Positions 45,064 to 55,080 of a stretch of 64,000 bases of DNA are shown here, piece after piece. The DNA lies in the NCBI GenBank assembly GCA_963760615.1, contig CAVXDX010000008.1:32001-96000 (forward strand), in the 5' to 3' direction. The DNA is from an uncultured Candidatus Micrarchaeota archaeon. Lineage in GTDB: Archaea; Micrarchaeota; Micrarchaeia; Burarchaeales; Fermentimicrarchaeaceae. Below the pieces are notes generated by a model. That model saw only the letters and a list, made by a program, of their open reading frames with translations. It was not told the origin of the DNA and did no database searches. Numbering within the stretch: position 1 is the stretch's first letter; each line of letters opens with the position of its first letter. The position numbers were made by a program, and so were the translations under genes.

Positions 45064-46938
45064 TTGCAGGTGAATTGCTTGAAGGACCCTTTTGCTAAAG
45101 CGAGAGAAAACGTAATTCAGCTTATCTGCGGAAGCTGCCGCAAGCTGAAACTTCAGGTTACAGGGGAGGAGGTTGAGAAGAGCCTGGAATACCCCAAGGA
45201 GCAGTTTGGTGATTTGGCCAGCGCCATATGCTTCGAGCTTGCAAAGAGGGAGAAAAAATCCCCAAGGAGCATTGCAGAGAGCATAAAGGAAAGCATCAAG
45301 CCCAGTGGCGTCGTTGAGAAAGCGGAGGTTGCAGGAGGGGGCTACCTAAACTTCTATTTCAATTTCGGCAAATTCGCAGAACTCACGGTAAAGGCAGTTG
45401 AGGAGAGCAAAAATTACGGGGAGGTTGATATCGGCAAGGGAAAGAAAGCTCTGGTTGAATTCCCATCCGTCAACCCAAACAAGCCATGGCATATCGGCCA
45501 CTTGAGGAATGCCCTGCTCGGCGATTCTGTTTCAAGGATTCTTGAGTTTGCAGGCTACAAGATTGAGAGGGAGAACTATATAGATGATTTGGGCTTGCAG
45601 GTTGCGCAGAGCGTATGGGGATACATGAAGATGAGCAACAGAATTGAGGGCAAAGTGGACCACTGGCTCGGCAAGCAGTACGTTGAGGTTGCAAGAAGGA
45701 CTTCTGAAAAAGAGGTTGAGGAGGAAGTCAGAGTGATAATGAAGAAGCTCGAGGAAGGCGATAATGAAGTTTCCAAATTAGGGAGGGAGCTTGCTGAGAA
45801 GTGCGTCAAAGCCCAATATGAGACTGCTTTCAAATTGAACATTTACCAAGATGTGCTGATTTGGGAGGACAACATTGTGCAGACAAAGATGCTGGAGGGA
45901 GCAATTGATATGCTTCTGAAGAAAGGCGCAGCAATCAAGGAAGCTGAGGGAGCCAACGCAGGCTGCATTGTTGCAAAGCTGGAAGGGATGAAGGAGTTTG
46001 CAGACATGGAGAGCCCTGACAAGATTCTGGTGAGGTCTGACGGTACTGCTACTTATACAGGGAAGGATATTGCATTCCAGCTCTGGAAGTTCGGCATACT
46101 TCCGAATAGATTCATGTTCAGCGTTTTCATGAAACAGCCGAACGGGAAGCAGCTCTATACGACAAACAGGAGAGGGAAGAGAATGAAGTTCGGCAATGCG
46201 GACTTGGTTGTGAATGTGATAGGGGTGGAGCAGAAATACCCGCAGAAGGTGCTGCTGAGCCTATTGAAGAGCATGGGATATGGGAAGGAGTCGGGCGATT
46301 CAGTTCACCTCTCCTATGAGCACGCTTGGCTGCCTGATGAGAAGTTCTCAGGCAGAGAAGGGACATGGATTGGCTTTACAGCTGATGAGCTTATTGAGAA
46401 GGCAGTGGAGTATGCAAAGGGGGAGATAAAGAACAGATTCCGCGAGATGAAAGACGAGGAGAAGGAAAAGATTGCCCATGCTGTTGGAGTTGGAGGAATC
46501 AGGTTTGACTTCCTGAAAACGACTCCTGAGAAGAAGATAATATTCCGCTGGGAGGATGCCCTGAATTTCGAGGGCGACAGCGCTCCCTATATACAGTATT
46601 CCCATGCAAGAGCTGCAAGGATTATTGAGAAGTCGCCTGGAAAGAGCAAGGGAGTGGACTGCTCATTGCTGGATTCGCCAGATGAGAGGAGATTGGTGAA
46701 ACTCATTGCCAAGTTTCCATCAGTTGTGAGGAATTCCGCGAAAGACTGCAGGCCGCACTACATTGCGGATTATTTGATTGATTTGGCCACTGCCTTCAGC
46801 AAATTCTACACGACATCTCCTGTCCTAACTGCGCCTGAGAAGGAGAAGAAGGCGAGGCTGGCACTTGTTAGATGCACCAAGAAAGTTTTGAAGAATGGGC
46901 TGGAGCTGCTTGGCATAGAGGCGCCGGAGAGGATGTAG
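45064..46938 (+). CDS. argS: Arginyl-tRNA synthetase
   Basis: FGDLAS, EFPSVNPNKPWHIGHLRN, GDSAPYIQYSHARA, LGIEAPERM; exact start uncertain. Confidence 0.96.
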   Translation: MQVNCLKDPFAKARENVIQLICGSCRKLKLQVTGEEVEKSLEYPKEQFGDLASAICFELAKREKKSPRSIAESIKESIKPSGVVEKAEVAGGGYLNFYFNFGKFAELTVKAVEESKNYGEVDIGKGKKALVEFPSVNPNKPWHIGHLRNALLGDSVSRILEFAGYKIERENYIDDLGLQVAQSVWGYMKMSNRIEGKVDHWLGKQYVEVARRTSEKEVEEEVRVIMKKLEEGDNEVSKLGRELAEKCVKAQYETAFKLNIYQDVLIWEDNIVQTKMLEGAIDMLLKKGAAIKEAEGANAGCIVAKLEGMKEFADMESPDKILVRSDGTATYTGKDIAFQLWKFGILPNRFMFSVFMKQPNGKQLYTTNRRGKRMKFGNADLVVNVIGVEQKYPQKVLLSLLKSMGYGKESGDSVHLSYEHAWLPDEKFSGREGTWIGFTADELIEKAVEYAKGEIKNRFREMKDEEKEKIAHAVGVGGIRFDFLKTTPEKKIIFRWEDALNFEGDSAPYIQYSHARAARIIEKSPGKSKGVDCSLLDSPDERRLVKLIAKFPSVVRNSAKDCRPHYIADYLIDLATAFSKFYTTSPVLTAPEKEKKARLALVRCTKKVLKNGLELLGIEAPERM

Positions 46939-46960
46939 CTCTGGTTGGGGCGAAGAAGCT

Positions 46961-47968
46961 TCAGACACGGAGCTTGTCTATTTCCTCCCTGCTTACAGGC
47001 TTCACAATTATCTTTCTTGAGAGCTTTGCAGGGCCGTATTTCACCAAGACATTTTTCTGCTTTGCATCTGAGTAGGCTGCAGTGAGCTGCGCTGCAAGCT
47101 TTACCGCTGCATCTGTTTTTTTGTCCTGAAGGATTGTTATGGGACTCCCGACATTGGGGACGTCAAATGCATAATCAGATTTGTCCTTTAGGCTGATTAG
47201 CATCTTATTCTCTCTTTCATTCCTGCCGACAATTATCTTGTTCTCCCCGAAACGGAAATGTCTGCCCACCTTCAGGAGCTGCATGTCTTTCATGGTCACT
47301 TTCTCCCTATGCTTGAGCAAATCTCTGACCTTGCTTGCAAATTCCTTGTAGGTCAGCAGGCATCCGCCGCCAGACGAGGGATAGTCTGTTATGCCAAATT
47401 TCTTGGCAAGGGCAATCTGCGGTTTTCTTGTCCTCCCCTCTATGGCAAGCAGTTTACCTCTGTCAACCCACCCCCTTTTCTCAGCCTCAGTCATTGGCAA
47501 TAGCTTCGCAGAGAGCGGCCTGAGCAGTTTCCCCTCCAAGCCTGCCTCCTTTTCTATAAGCTTCAACGCCCTCATGTGCTGGCTCATGGGCCTCTGGTTC
47601 AATACTTCTCCTGTGAGGATGAATTTCGCCCCGATTTTTTCGGAGTATGCCTTTGCCTTCTTCAATGTATATATCCTGCAGTCTATGCACGGATTCATCC
47701 CTGAGCCGTAGCCGAATTTGGGTTTTCTCACAACCATGATGTATTCATTCCCTTTCGCCATCACCTTCAGGGGGATTTTGAATTTCTTGGAGACTTCGAC
47801 TGCATAGCATCGGCCTTTCTGGTCGCACATGCAAAAAGGAGAGGTGAACTTCAATGCCTCTACATCTATTCCCTGGTCCAGCATGAGTTTCACTGCCAGC
47901 GTTGAATCCAGCCCGCCTGAAAGCAGCGCAACTGCCTTGATTCTCTTTGCTCTCTGTTTCTTTGCCAT
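46961..47968 (-). CDS. PP-loop tRNA thiolation-like enzyme (ThiI/MnmA-like with DUF814-like C-terminus)
   Basis: SGGLDS, PCIDCR, TGEVLNQRPMSQ, GGGCLLT, VGRHFR; start taken at MAKKQR. Confidence 0.75.
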   Translation of the reverse strand: MAKKQRAKRIKAVALLSGGLDSTLAVKLMLDQGIDVEALKFTSPFCMCDQKGRCYAVEVSKKFKIPLKVMAKGNEYIMVVRKPKFGYGSGMNPCIDCRIYTLKKAKAYSEKIGAKFILTGEVLNQRPMSQHMRALKLIEKEAGLEGKLLRPLSAKLLPMTEAEKRGWVDRGKLLAIEGRTRKPQIALAKKFGITDYPSSGGGCLLTYKEFASKVRDLLKHREKVTMKDMQLLKVGRHFRFGENKIIVGRNERENKMLISLKDKSDYAFDVPNVGSPITILQDKKTDAAVKLAAQLTAAYSDAKQKNVLVKYGPAKLSRKIIVKPVSREEIDKLRV

Positions 47969-47991
47969 GATGAGCTCACCAGTTAACAACA

Positions 47992-48119
47992 CGAGCGGGA
48001 AATCCCACACCTTTCAAAAGTGGGATGAAAGCGAACCATAAGAGAAAATTCACCTCTTCCAGTATATATAGCTTTTCACTGGAAAATACCCCTCCCAGAG
48101 GGTTATAAAGAGAAAAAAC
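47992..48119 (+). mobile_element. Orphan left end of the TnpB-type element
   Basis: CGAG.G.GAAA.CCCAC...GTGGGATGAAAGCGAA...CACTGGAAA.TACCCCTCCCAGAGG.TTATAAAG homologous to 1385-1507. Confidence 0.75.
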
Positions 48120-49064
48120 TCAGTAATGCTTGACATCCTGGAATGGAGGCAACTCCTTTTTCTCAAGAAACTCAACCACTTCCTTATGCCTGCTCAGCCT
48201 CTCAAGCTCGTTCACAAAATCCTGCGCTTTTGGAGTATAATACTGGCTATTCCCGTATACCATCGCTACAGCGACCCCAGTTTCCCTCCCTCCAAGCTCT
48301 TTCAGCAAGCTCTTTTGGTCCACTGGTTTTATTATAACTCCAACTCCCTTATCCTCAGTTGCATAGAATGAGAATTTATCCTTCTGGTCGACTCTCCCAA
48401 ACTCGAGAATATTTCCATTCGCGTCAAGCCTTACAAAAATTTTTGGGGTTTCTTTCTTAGAGTAGCCAACCCCCTCAAGAGTGCTCTCCCTGTAGGTTTC
48501 ACCAGCTCTCATTTCTTCCTTGAGTCTCTGAGCCTCTTGGTGGATAGTTCCCGCATCCTTATAGCCAACCTTTATCTCGTTTCCAAGCTCGCCCCCAAGG
48601 TTCTCAATGAGCTCCCTAGATGCTATCTTAATATATGGTTTGCTGAGTCTGCCAAGCTCACCATTATTGGTTAGTATAACATTTGGGCTCTCAAGCAATC
48701 TGTAATCAATATTATCGCCCTTCACATCAACGAGCAGTTTCCCTCTGCGAGGTTTTTCAGATGTGAGCCGTATACCCATTGCATCATCGGTTTTGAACAT
48801 GCCGAATGAGGACTGCGTCTTAAAACCATCCTTCAAAAGTGCAGGCCCTTCAAGATGTCTGCTTCCATCAGCAGAGAATACTGCCTTGAAAAAAGAGGTT
48901 TTTACAGCGACTCCCTTGTGGGTTATGGAGATTGGGTCTATGGTCTCCGTACTCCCATCAGGCCTTTCTATCTTTTTTATGTTAATCTCCTCTCCGAAAA
49001 GAGTTGAGCCATAGAGACTAGGTCTAGCCTGTGCAACTGTTCCGGGCATAAGGTTCACCTCCAT
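48120..49064 (-). CDS. Hypothetical protein
   Basis: About 310-aa soluble ORF; SD GGAGGTGA suggests start at 49049 (MPGTVAQ); no family recognised. Confidence 0.7.
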   Translation of the reverse strand: MEVNLMPGTVAQARPSLYGSTLFGEEINIKKIERPDGSTETIDPISITHKGVAVKTSFFKAVFSADGSRHLEGPALLKDGFKTQSSFGMFKTDDAMGIRLTSEKPRRGKLLVDVKGDNIDYRLLESPNVILTNNGELGRLSKPYIKIASRELIENLGGELGNEIKVGYKDAGTIHQEAQRLKEEMRAGETYRESTLEGVGYSKKETPKIFVRLDANGNILEFGRVDQKDKFSFYATEDKGVGVIIKPVDQKSLLKELGGRETGVAVAMVYGNSQYYTPKAQDFVNELERLSRHKEVVEFLEKKELPPFQDVKHY

Positions 49065-49183
49065 TGAATTATGAATTTTTCAGCATCTTCCTGTATAGTC
49101 CTTTCGTATATCATTTTTGCTCATTCTATATTTAAAAATATATGTGTAATATGGGTAATCAGAAATAATTCATCTCAATTTAG

Positions 49184-49231
49184 CAGAAGCGAGCGAGAAA
49201 CCCACATTCTTCAGAGGTGGGAGCATGTCAC
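49184..49231 (+). mobile_element. 48-nt PATE-like mini-derivative of the TnpB element
   Basis: TTTAG|CAGAAGCGAGCGAGAAACCCACATTCTTCAGAGGTGGGA (left-end match to 1374-1417) fused to GCATGTCAC (right-end terminus). Confidence 0.7.
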
Positions 49232-49445
49232 AATCACTGTACCCTTACTCTCCCTCTTTTCTAAGTTCAGTATGTCAAATTTCCGGTTTTCCGCCACAGC
49301 AATTTTGGGCAGCAGCATTACCGCTTAAATTGTTCATCTTGATACTTAAGGCAATGCTCGAAATTCGAAAAACACATTAATAAATATTGCTTGCATAAAG
49401 ATAGTGCGCTAGGAGGTAGCGTATTAAAGTGCAATATCTACGAGA

Positions 49446-49537
49446 GGGCCCGTGGCGCAGCCTGGATAGCGCGGCAAGATAATTGTCCCGCAAGCCTTCT
49501 AAGCTGAAGGTCGTGGGTTCAAATCCCACCGGGCCCG
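49446..49537 (+). tRNA. tRNA-Arg(TCT) with 17-nt intron at position 29/30
   Basis: Removing 49477-49493 gives a 75-nt cloverleaf with anticodon loop CT-TCT-AA; bulge-helix-bulge motif present. Confidence 0.92.
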
Positions 49538-49566
49538 CTTGATATTTTAAAAAAGAGGGTGGCAAA

Positions 49567-49875
49567 ATGGGTTTGAAAGAGTTCCTGATGCCAGACTGGA
49601 GAAAGATTAGGGTATTTGTAATTTTATCTATTTTATCGTTTTTTTATGTATACAACTGTTATCCTCAATATTCATCTGGTATATGTGAAGCACACGGTTT
49701 ACCTCTTGCTTATTGGTCTTATTCTACAAGATCAAAAATGCCCCCAGTAATGGACACCAACTTTTCATACTTCGGATTAATTGGAGATTTGATTATTTGG
49801 TATCTCCTTTCATGCCTTATAATTTGGGCTTATGGTAAGTTGAAGAGAAAATCGAAGGGGAAAAAGAGGAAGTGA
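49567..49875 (+). CDS. Small membrane protein
   Basis: 102 aa, two TMs, HGLPL..Y motif, basic tail. Confidence 0.65.
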   Translation: MGLKEFLMPDWRKIRVFVILSILSFFYVYNCYPQYSSGICEAHGLPLAYWSYSTRSKMPPVMDTNFSYFGLIGDLIIWYLLSCLIIWAYGKLKRKSKGKKRK

Positions 49876-49879
49876 TGAT

Positions 49880-50134
49880 ATGGCAAAGACAAAGATGGAG
49901 CAGATTATCTCCTTGATGGAAGAGGTGATGAACGACACTTCCATACCGAAGAACGTGAGGAAGGCGGTGAGCGACGCCAAGGAAAAGCTGCAGAACGGCG
50001 AAGGGGAATTGAGGACACGTGCGAGTTCAGCGATATACCTCCTTGATGAGGTGAGCAACGACATAAACATGCCCATGCACGCCCGCACGCAGATTTGGAC
50101 GCTGATGAGCGCCCTGGAAACCGTGAAAAGCTGA
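49880..50134 (+). CDS. UPF0147 family protein
   Basis: DTSIPKNVRKA...LDEVSNDINMPMHARTQIW. Confidence 0.92.
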   Translation: MAKTKMEQIISLMEEVMNDTSIPKNVRKAVSDAKEKLQNGEGELRTRASSAIYLLDEVSNDINMPMHARTQIWTLMSALETVKS

Positions 50135-50139
50135 GCAGA

Positions 50140-51639
50140 ATGAATGACGAGGAAATTGTGAAATTCTTCGAGAAGGAGGAAGTCCTGCTTAGCCCTGACG
50201 CTGTTGAATTCCTCAAGGAGAAGAATGACGAGTCGCTTCTCAGGAAAATCATTGAGAAGAGGGGAGAGGAGGTTTTCATAAGCAGAGAATTTATCGAGCA
50301 GCTCATTGATGAGGAGAAGAAGATTCCTCTTCCCGTGGTTGAGGTGAAGCGAGCAAGTGATTTCAAGCCAATTTCAAAGGAGTATTCACCAGAGCTCAAA
50401 TTCCTCAAGGAGTATGATGTGAGCGGGAAATGCAACTGCGGAGGGAGCGTTGACGATTTTGTGAATTTATTCAGGGACAGGCTGAAGAAGACAAGGAAGA
50501 TGCTGGAAATGAGGGTTGGGGCAACAGGCATAACAGAGATAGGCGCAACAGGAGGGTTCACAAAAGGCAGGGAAGTGAGAGTTATTGGCATTGTGAACAA
50601 CAAAATGATTACAAAGAACGGGCATGTCATGATTGAGCTTGAAAGTGAAGAAGGGGTTGCCAAGGTGCTTGCATTGAAGTCAAGCCGAGAGCCTGACAGG
50701 AGCTGCTTTGAGAAGGCAAACACACTCCTGCTGGACGAGGTTGTCGCTATAGACGGAAGGGTCTCTGACCCGTTCATAATTGCCAGCGATGTGATCTGGC
50801 CGGACTTGCCAATAAGGACTCAACGGGTCATCGACAGGGACTTGTGCATTGCTTTCATGTCTGATTTGCATGTGGGAAGCAGGAATTTCATGCAGGAGCA
50901 ATTCCAGAAGCTGCTGGGCTGGCTCAATGGGGAGATTGGCGAGGGGAACGGCATGGAGCTGGTTGGGAGGATAAAGTACATCATAATTGCAGGGGATTTG
51001 GTTGATGGAATCGGAGTTTACCCGGAGCAGGAGAAGGAGCTTGTCATCAAAGATATATATGAACAGTATGATCTTTTCCTGAAGTTCATAAGCTCAATTC
51101 CTGAGTACATTGAAGTGATTATAGCGCCGGGCAACCACGATGCGGTGAGAAGGGCAGAGCCACAGCCTGAGATTGCGAAGGATTTGCTGAAGGCAGGCAA
51201 CGGGAGGATGCATGTTGTGGGCAATCCCTCACTTGTAGATATAGAGGGGTTCAGGACCCTCATCTACCACGGAACTTCCCTTGATTCAATCATTGCAGGC
51301 ATACACGGCATGAGCTACCAATACCCCGAGAAACCCATGGTGGAGCTTCTGAAGAGAAGAAACCTCAGCCCAATCTACGGGGAGAACCCGGTTGTGCCTG
51401 AGAGCAAGGATTACATGCTCATTGAGGAGGTGCCAGACATCGTTCACATGGGGCACGTGCACAAGAACGGCTATGACAATTACAAAGGAACGGTAGTTGT
51501 AAACTCCGGGACTTGGCAGAGCCAGACAGACTTCCAGCTGAAGCAGGGCCACACTCCCAGCCCCTGCATTCTGCCTGTCCTTGATTTGAGGAGCGGAAGG
51601 ATGAACGTAATAAACTTCATTAAGAGGGAAGTTGGATGA
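50140..51639 (+). CDS. polB: DNA polymerase D small (proofreading) subunit DP1
   Basis: OB fold, SDLHVGS, GDLVDGIGVYP, PGNHDA, GHVH, NSGTWQ. Confidence 0.95.
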   Translation: MNDEEIVKFFEKEEVLLSPDAVEFLKEKNDESLLRKIIEKRGEEVFISREFIEQLIDEEKKIPLPVVEVKRASDFKPISKEYSPELKFLKEYDVSGKCNCGGSVDDFVNLFRDRLKKTRKMLEMRVGATGITEIGATGGFTKGREVRVIGIVNNKMITKNGHVMIELESEEGVAKVLALKSSREPDRSCFEKANTLLLDEVVAIDGRVSDPFIIASDVIWPDLPIRTQRVIDRDLCIAFMSDLHVGSRNFMQEQFQKLLGWLNGEIGEGNGMELVGRIKYIIIAGDLVDGIGVYPEQEKELVIKDIYEQYDLFLKFISSIPEYIEVIIAPGNHDAVRRAEPQPEIAKDLLKAGNGRMHVVGNPSLVDIEGFRTLIYHGTSLDSIIAGIHGMSYQYPEKPMVELLKRRNLSPIYGENPVVPESKDYMLIEEVPDIVHMGHVHKNGYDNYKGTVVVNSGTWQSQTDFQLKQGHTPSPCILPVLDLRSGRMNVINFIKREVG

Positions 51640-54600
51640 AGGAGTATTTTGAAAGTCTGCAGAATGGCTTTGCGGATGCTTACTCAGTTGCAGAGAAAGC
51701 CAGGGCAAAGAACTTCGACCCTGACAGCAGGCCAGAGATACTGCCTGCTGAGGACATTGCTGCCAGGGTGGAAGGCATTGTCGGCCCTCCCGGTATTGCA
51801 GCCAGGATAAGGGAAATCGGAATGGACAAAAAGAGGGAAACTCTTGCTTTTGACATTCTGAAGGAAATAATTGAAAGCAACAAGGGTGACAGGGAGAAGG
51901 TGATTGAGCAGGCTGTGAGGACCGGAGTTGCCATCCTCACTGAAGGGGTGCTGGTTGCCCCAACAGAGGGTATTTCCTCCATTAGGATAAGGGAGAACCC
52001 TGACGGCAGCAATTACCTTGCCATGTATTTCTCAGGCCCCATAAGGAGTGCCGGCGGGACTGTTGCAGCTCTGAGCGTTGCGCTTGCAGACTTTGCCAGG
52101 AGAAAATACAACATTGCTGATTACCGTCCGACGGACACTGAAGTGGAGAGATATGTTGAGGAGATTGCCCTCTACGATGTGCGCGCAGCGAGGCTGCAGT
52201 ACAGACCAACAGACGATGAGATAAGGGTGATTGTCAAGAACTGCCCAGTGTGCATTGACGGCGAGCCTACTGAGGATTTCGAGGTTTCTGTTCACAAGGG
52301 GTTACCAAGGATTGAGACTGACAGGGTGAGGGGAGGGATGTGCCTTGTCATTGGGGAAGGCATTGCCCAGAAGGCGAGCAAGGTGCTGAGGTACACAAAA
52401 TCGATTGGGCTGAACTGGAGCTGGCTTGAGGCATGCGTGAAAGTCCCCAAGAGGGAGGGAGGGGCGGAGATAAAACCAAACAGCCTTTACCTTGACGATA
52501 TCGTTGCGGGAAGGCCAATCTTCAGCTATCCCTCCGAGAAAGGGGGCTTCAGGCTGAGGTACGGCAGGACAAGGATGAGCGGCATAGCCGCGAAGGCAAT
52601 TCACCCGGCAACGATGGTTCTGCTTGACGGGTTCCTGACGGTTGGGACGCAGATGAAAGTGGAGAGGCCTGGCAAGGGTTGCATAGTCACTCCCTGCAGC
52701 ACAATTGAAGGACCTTTTGTGAAGCTTAAGGACGGGAGCGTGCTGCAGGTTAGGAGCACAGAGGAAGCAGAGAAGGTGAAGGGTGACGTTGAGGTGATTC
52801 TCTCTCTTGGCGACATACTGATTTCCTACGGGGATTTTTACAAGTCTAACCATCCTCTTATTCCGAGCGGCTACTGCGAGGAGTTCTGGCGCAGGGAGCT
52901 GGAGAAAGCCGCAAGGGAGAAGGGAGCTGACCCCAAGAGTGCTGCACCGCAGGAGCTGAGCGGTGAGGATGCATTCAAAGTTTCGGAGAAGCTGGGGGTA
53001 CCGCTCCACCCCAATTATACATATCTCTGGCATGACATCTCTGCAGATGAGCTTAGAGAGCTTGCGGACTGGCTTTCAAACGGGAGGCTTGTATACGAGT
53101 GGTTCAAGCTGAAGGAGCTTAGGGTGGGGAAGGGGAACGGCAAGGCGGTGCTGGAGAAGCTGTGCGTGCCTCACAGGGTTGAAGGAGATGAAATTGTGGT
53201 GAGGGAGCATGCTTTCACGCTTCTCATGAGCCTCGGCATGCTGCAGAACAGGAAGGTAACCCCAGAGAAGTTCAATTCTGTATTTTCAAAGGAGAAGAGG
53301 GCAATGGACACGGTGCGTGAGCTCGCAGGTGTGCAGCTGAGGGAGAAGGCGCCTGTCTACATAGGGGCAAGGATGGGACGGCCTGAGAAGGCGAGGGAGA
53401 GGAAGATGAAGCCCGCGCCCAATGTGCTTTTTCCAATAGGAAACTGGGGAGGCGCCACAAGGGATGTGGTGAAAGCATACAGGAAGGCGAAGGACAGCGA
53501 AAGGTTCGAGGGGAAAGGAGTCGTCGTGGAGGTTGCGAGGATGACATGCCCCTCGTGCAAGAGAGTCATGACAAGCAACAAGTGCCCCATGTGCGATGTG
53601 AGAACAGTCACCGCAAAGGTATGCCTTAAATGCGGGAAAGAAATTTACGGCGAGTTCTGCGAGAAATGCAAGAGCCGGGCATCTGAATCGGACTCAAGAG
53701 GGGTTAACCTTGTTGACTTGGTTGATGCTGCAGTGAAAAAGTGCGGAAGTCTGCCGGAAGAGATTAAGGGAGTTAAGGGGATGACCAGCAGGAGCAAGAT
53801 TCCTGAACCTCTGGAGAAGGGCATACTTAGAGCGAAGCACGGAGTCTTCGTGTTCAAGGACGGGACTGCGAGGTTTGATGCGACAAATGTGCTGCTCACA
53901 CACTTCAAGCCAAGCGAGATTGGATTAAGCATTGAGAAGCTGAAGGAGCTCGGCTACACCAAGGATCACGAGGGGAAGGAGCTGAAGGATGCCGGTCAGC
54001 TTGTCGAGATGAAGCCACAGGACATCATAGTTGCGGACAGGGGAGGGGAATACATGGTAAAGGTTGCGAATTTCATTGACGATTCCCTGATATACCTCTA
54101 CGGGCTTCCCCCTTACTACAATGTGAAAAGTAGGGAGGACATCATTGGAAAGCTTGTGGTGACACTCTCTCCGCATACATCGTGCGGAGTTCTGGGTAGG
54201 ATAATAGGCTTCACAAAATCACACATTGGCTATGCACATCCTTATATGATTTCAGCGAGGAGGCGTAATTGTGACGGGGATGAGGATTCAATGATGCTGC
54301 TGCTTGACGCATTGATAAACTTCTCCAAGAAATTCCTGCCTGACAGCAGAGGAGGCACCATGGATGCTTCTCTTGTCCTCACCACGGTGGTTAACCCCAA
54401 GGAGGTTGATGATGAAGTGCATGCCATGGAGATTTGCAGCGAGTATCCGCTTGAGCTCTATGAGGCAAGCCTGAGGTTCGATAACGCGGGAGAGGTGAAG
54501 ATAGAGAAGGTTTCTGAGAGGCTTGGCAAGCCTGAGCAGTACTACGGTTTGAGCTTCACCCATGAGACAGGCTCGTTGGAGGGAATACCGCTCATGACGA

Positions 54601-55016
54601 AGTATGTTGAGTTGAAAAGCATGAAGGAGAAGATAGACGCGCAGTTCAGCCTTTACGAAAAGATAAGAGCCGTGAAGGTGAAGGATGCAACTGAAAGGCT
54701 GATATTGAGCCACTTCCTGCCGGATTTGTATGGTAATCTCAGGTCATTCTCAAAGCAGATTTTCCGGTGCGTGAGCTGCAACAGCAAGTACAGGAGAGTC
54801 CCTCTCTCAGGCAAGTGCAGGAGGTGCGGGGGAAAACTGGTTCTCACCATATCGAAAGGCGGTATTGAGAAGTACCTGAAAATCTCACAGGAGCTTGCAG
54901 AGAGGTACCAGCTTCCAGCATACCTGAAGCAGAGGCTGGTGCTGCTTGAGAGCGATATTTCCTCAGTTTTCGGGGATGAGGACAAAAAGCAGTTCAGCCT
55001 GGCGGAGTTCATGTGA
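51636..55016 (+). CDS. polC: DNA polymerase D large subunit DP2
   Basis: GPIRSAGGT, GGFRLRYGR, RRNCDGDEDS catalytic motif, zinc fingers; no intein evident. Confidence 0.97.
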   Translation: MKEYFESLQNGFADAYSVAEKARAKNFDPDSRPEILPAEDIAARVEGIVGPPGIAARIREIGMDKKRETLAFDILKEIIESNKGDREKVIEQAVRTGVAILTEGVLVAPTEGISSIRIRENPDGSNYLAMYFSGPIRSAGGTVAALSVALADFARRKYNIADYRPTDTEVERYVEEIALYDVRAARLQYRPTDDEIRVIVKNCPVCIDGEPTEDFEVSVHKGLPRIETDRVRGGMCLVIGEGIAQKASKVLRYTKSIGLNWSWLEACVKVPKREGGAEIKPNSLYLDDIVAGRPIFSYPSEKGGFRLRYGRTRMSGIAAKAIHPATMVLLDGFLTVGTQMKVERPGKGCIVTPCSTIEGPFVKLKDGSVLQVRSTEEAEKVKGDVEVILSLGDILISYGDFYKSNHPLIPSGYCEEFWRRELEKAAREKGADPKSAAPQELSGEDAFKVSEKLGVPLHPNYTYLWHDISADELRELADWLSNGRLVYEWFKLKELRVGKGNGKAVLEKLCVPHRVEGDEIVVREHAFTLLMSLGMLQNRKVTPEKFNSVFSKEKRAMDTVRELAGVQLREKAPVYIGARMGRPEKARERKMKPAPNVLFPIGNWGGATRDVVKAYRKAKDSERFEGKGVVVEVARMTCPSCKRVMTSNKCPMCDVRTVTAKVCLKCGKEIYGEFCEKCKSRASESDSRGVNLVDLVDAAVKKCGSLPEEIKGVKGMTSRSKIPEPLEKGILRAKHGVFVFKDGTARFDATNVLLTHFKPSEIGLSIEKLKELGYTKDHEGKELKDAGQLVEMKPQDIIVADRGGEYMVKVANFIDDSLIYLYGLPPYYNVKSREDIIGKLVVTLSPHTSCGVLGRIIGFTKSHIGYAHPYMISARRRNCDGDEDSMMLLLDALINFSKKFLPDSRGGTMDASLVLTTVVNPKEVDDEVHAMEICSEYPLELYEASLRFDNAGEVKIEKVSERLGKPEQYYGLSFTHETGSLEGIPLMTKYVELKSMKEKIDAQFSLYEKIRAVKVKDATERLILSHFLPDLYGNLRSFSKQIFRCVSCNSKYRRVPLSGKCRRCGGKLVLTISKGGIEKYLKISQELAERYQLPAYLKQRLVLLESDISSVFGDEDKKQFSLAEFM

Positions 55017-55080
55017 AACTTCCTTACAATAAAGAAAGTATTAAATTAGATATTTGCTCTAATTCTTGCGGTGGTCATCT

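Noticed and set aside
49538-49880. Island at the tRNA-Arg 3' end
   Set aside because: No duplication of the tRNA-Arg 3' end was found downstream of the small membrane gene.
51636-55016. Possible intein in DP2
   Set aside because: The length (1126 aa) and continuous motifs around RRNCDGDED show no insertion.
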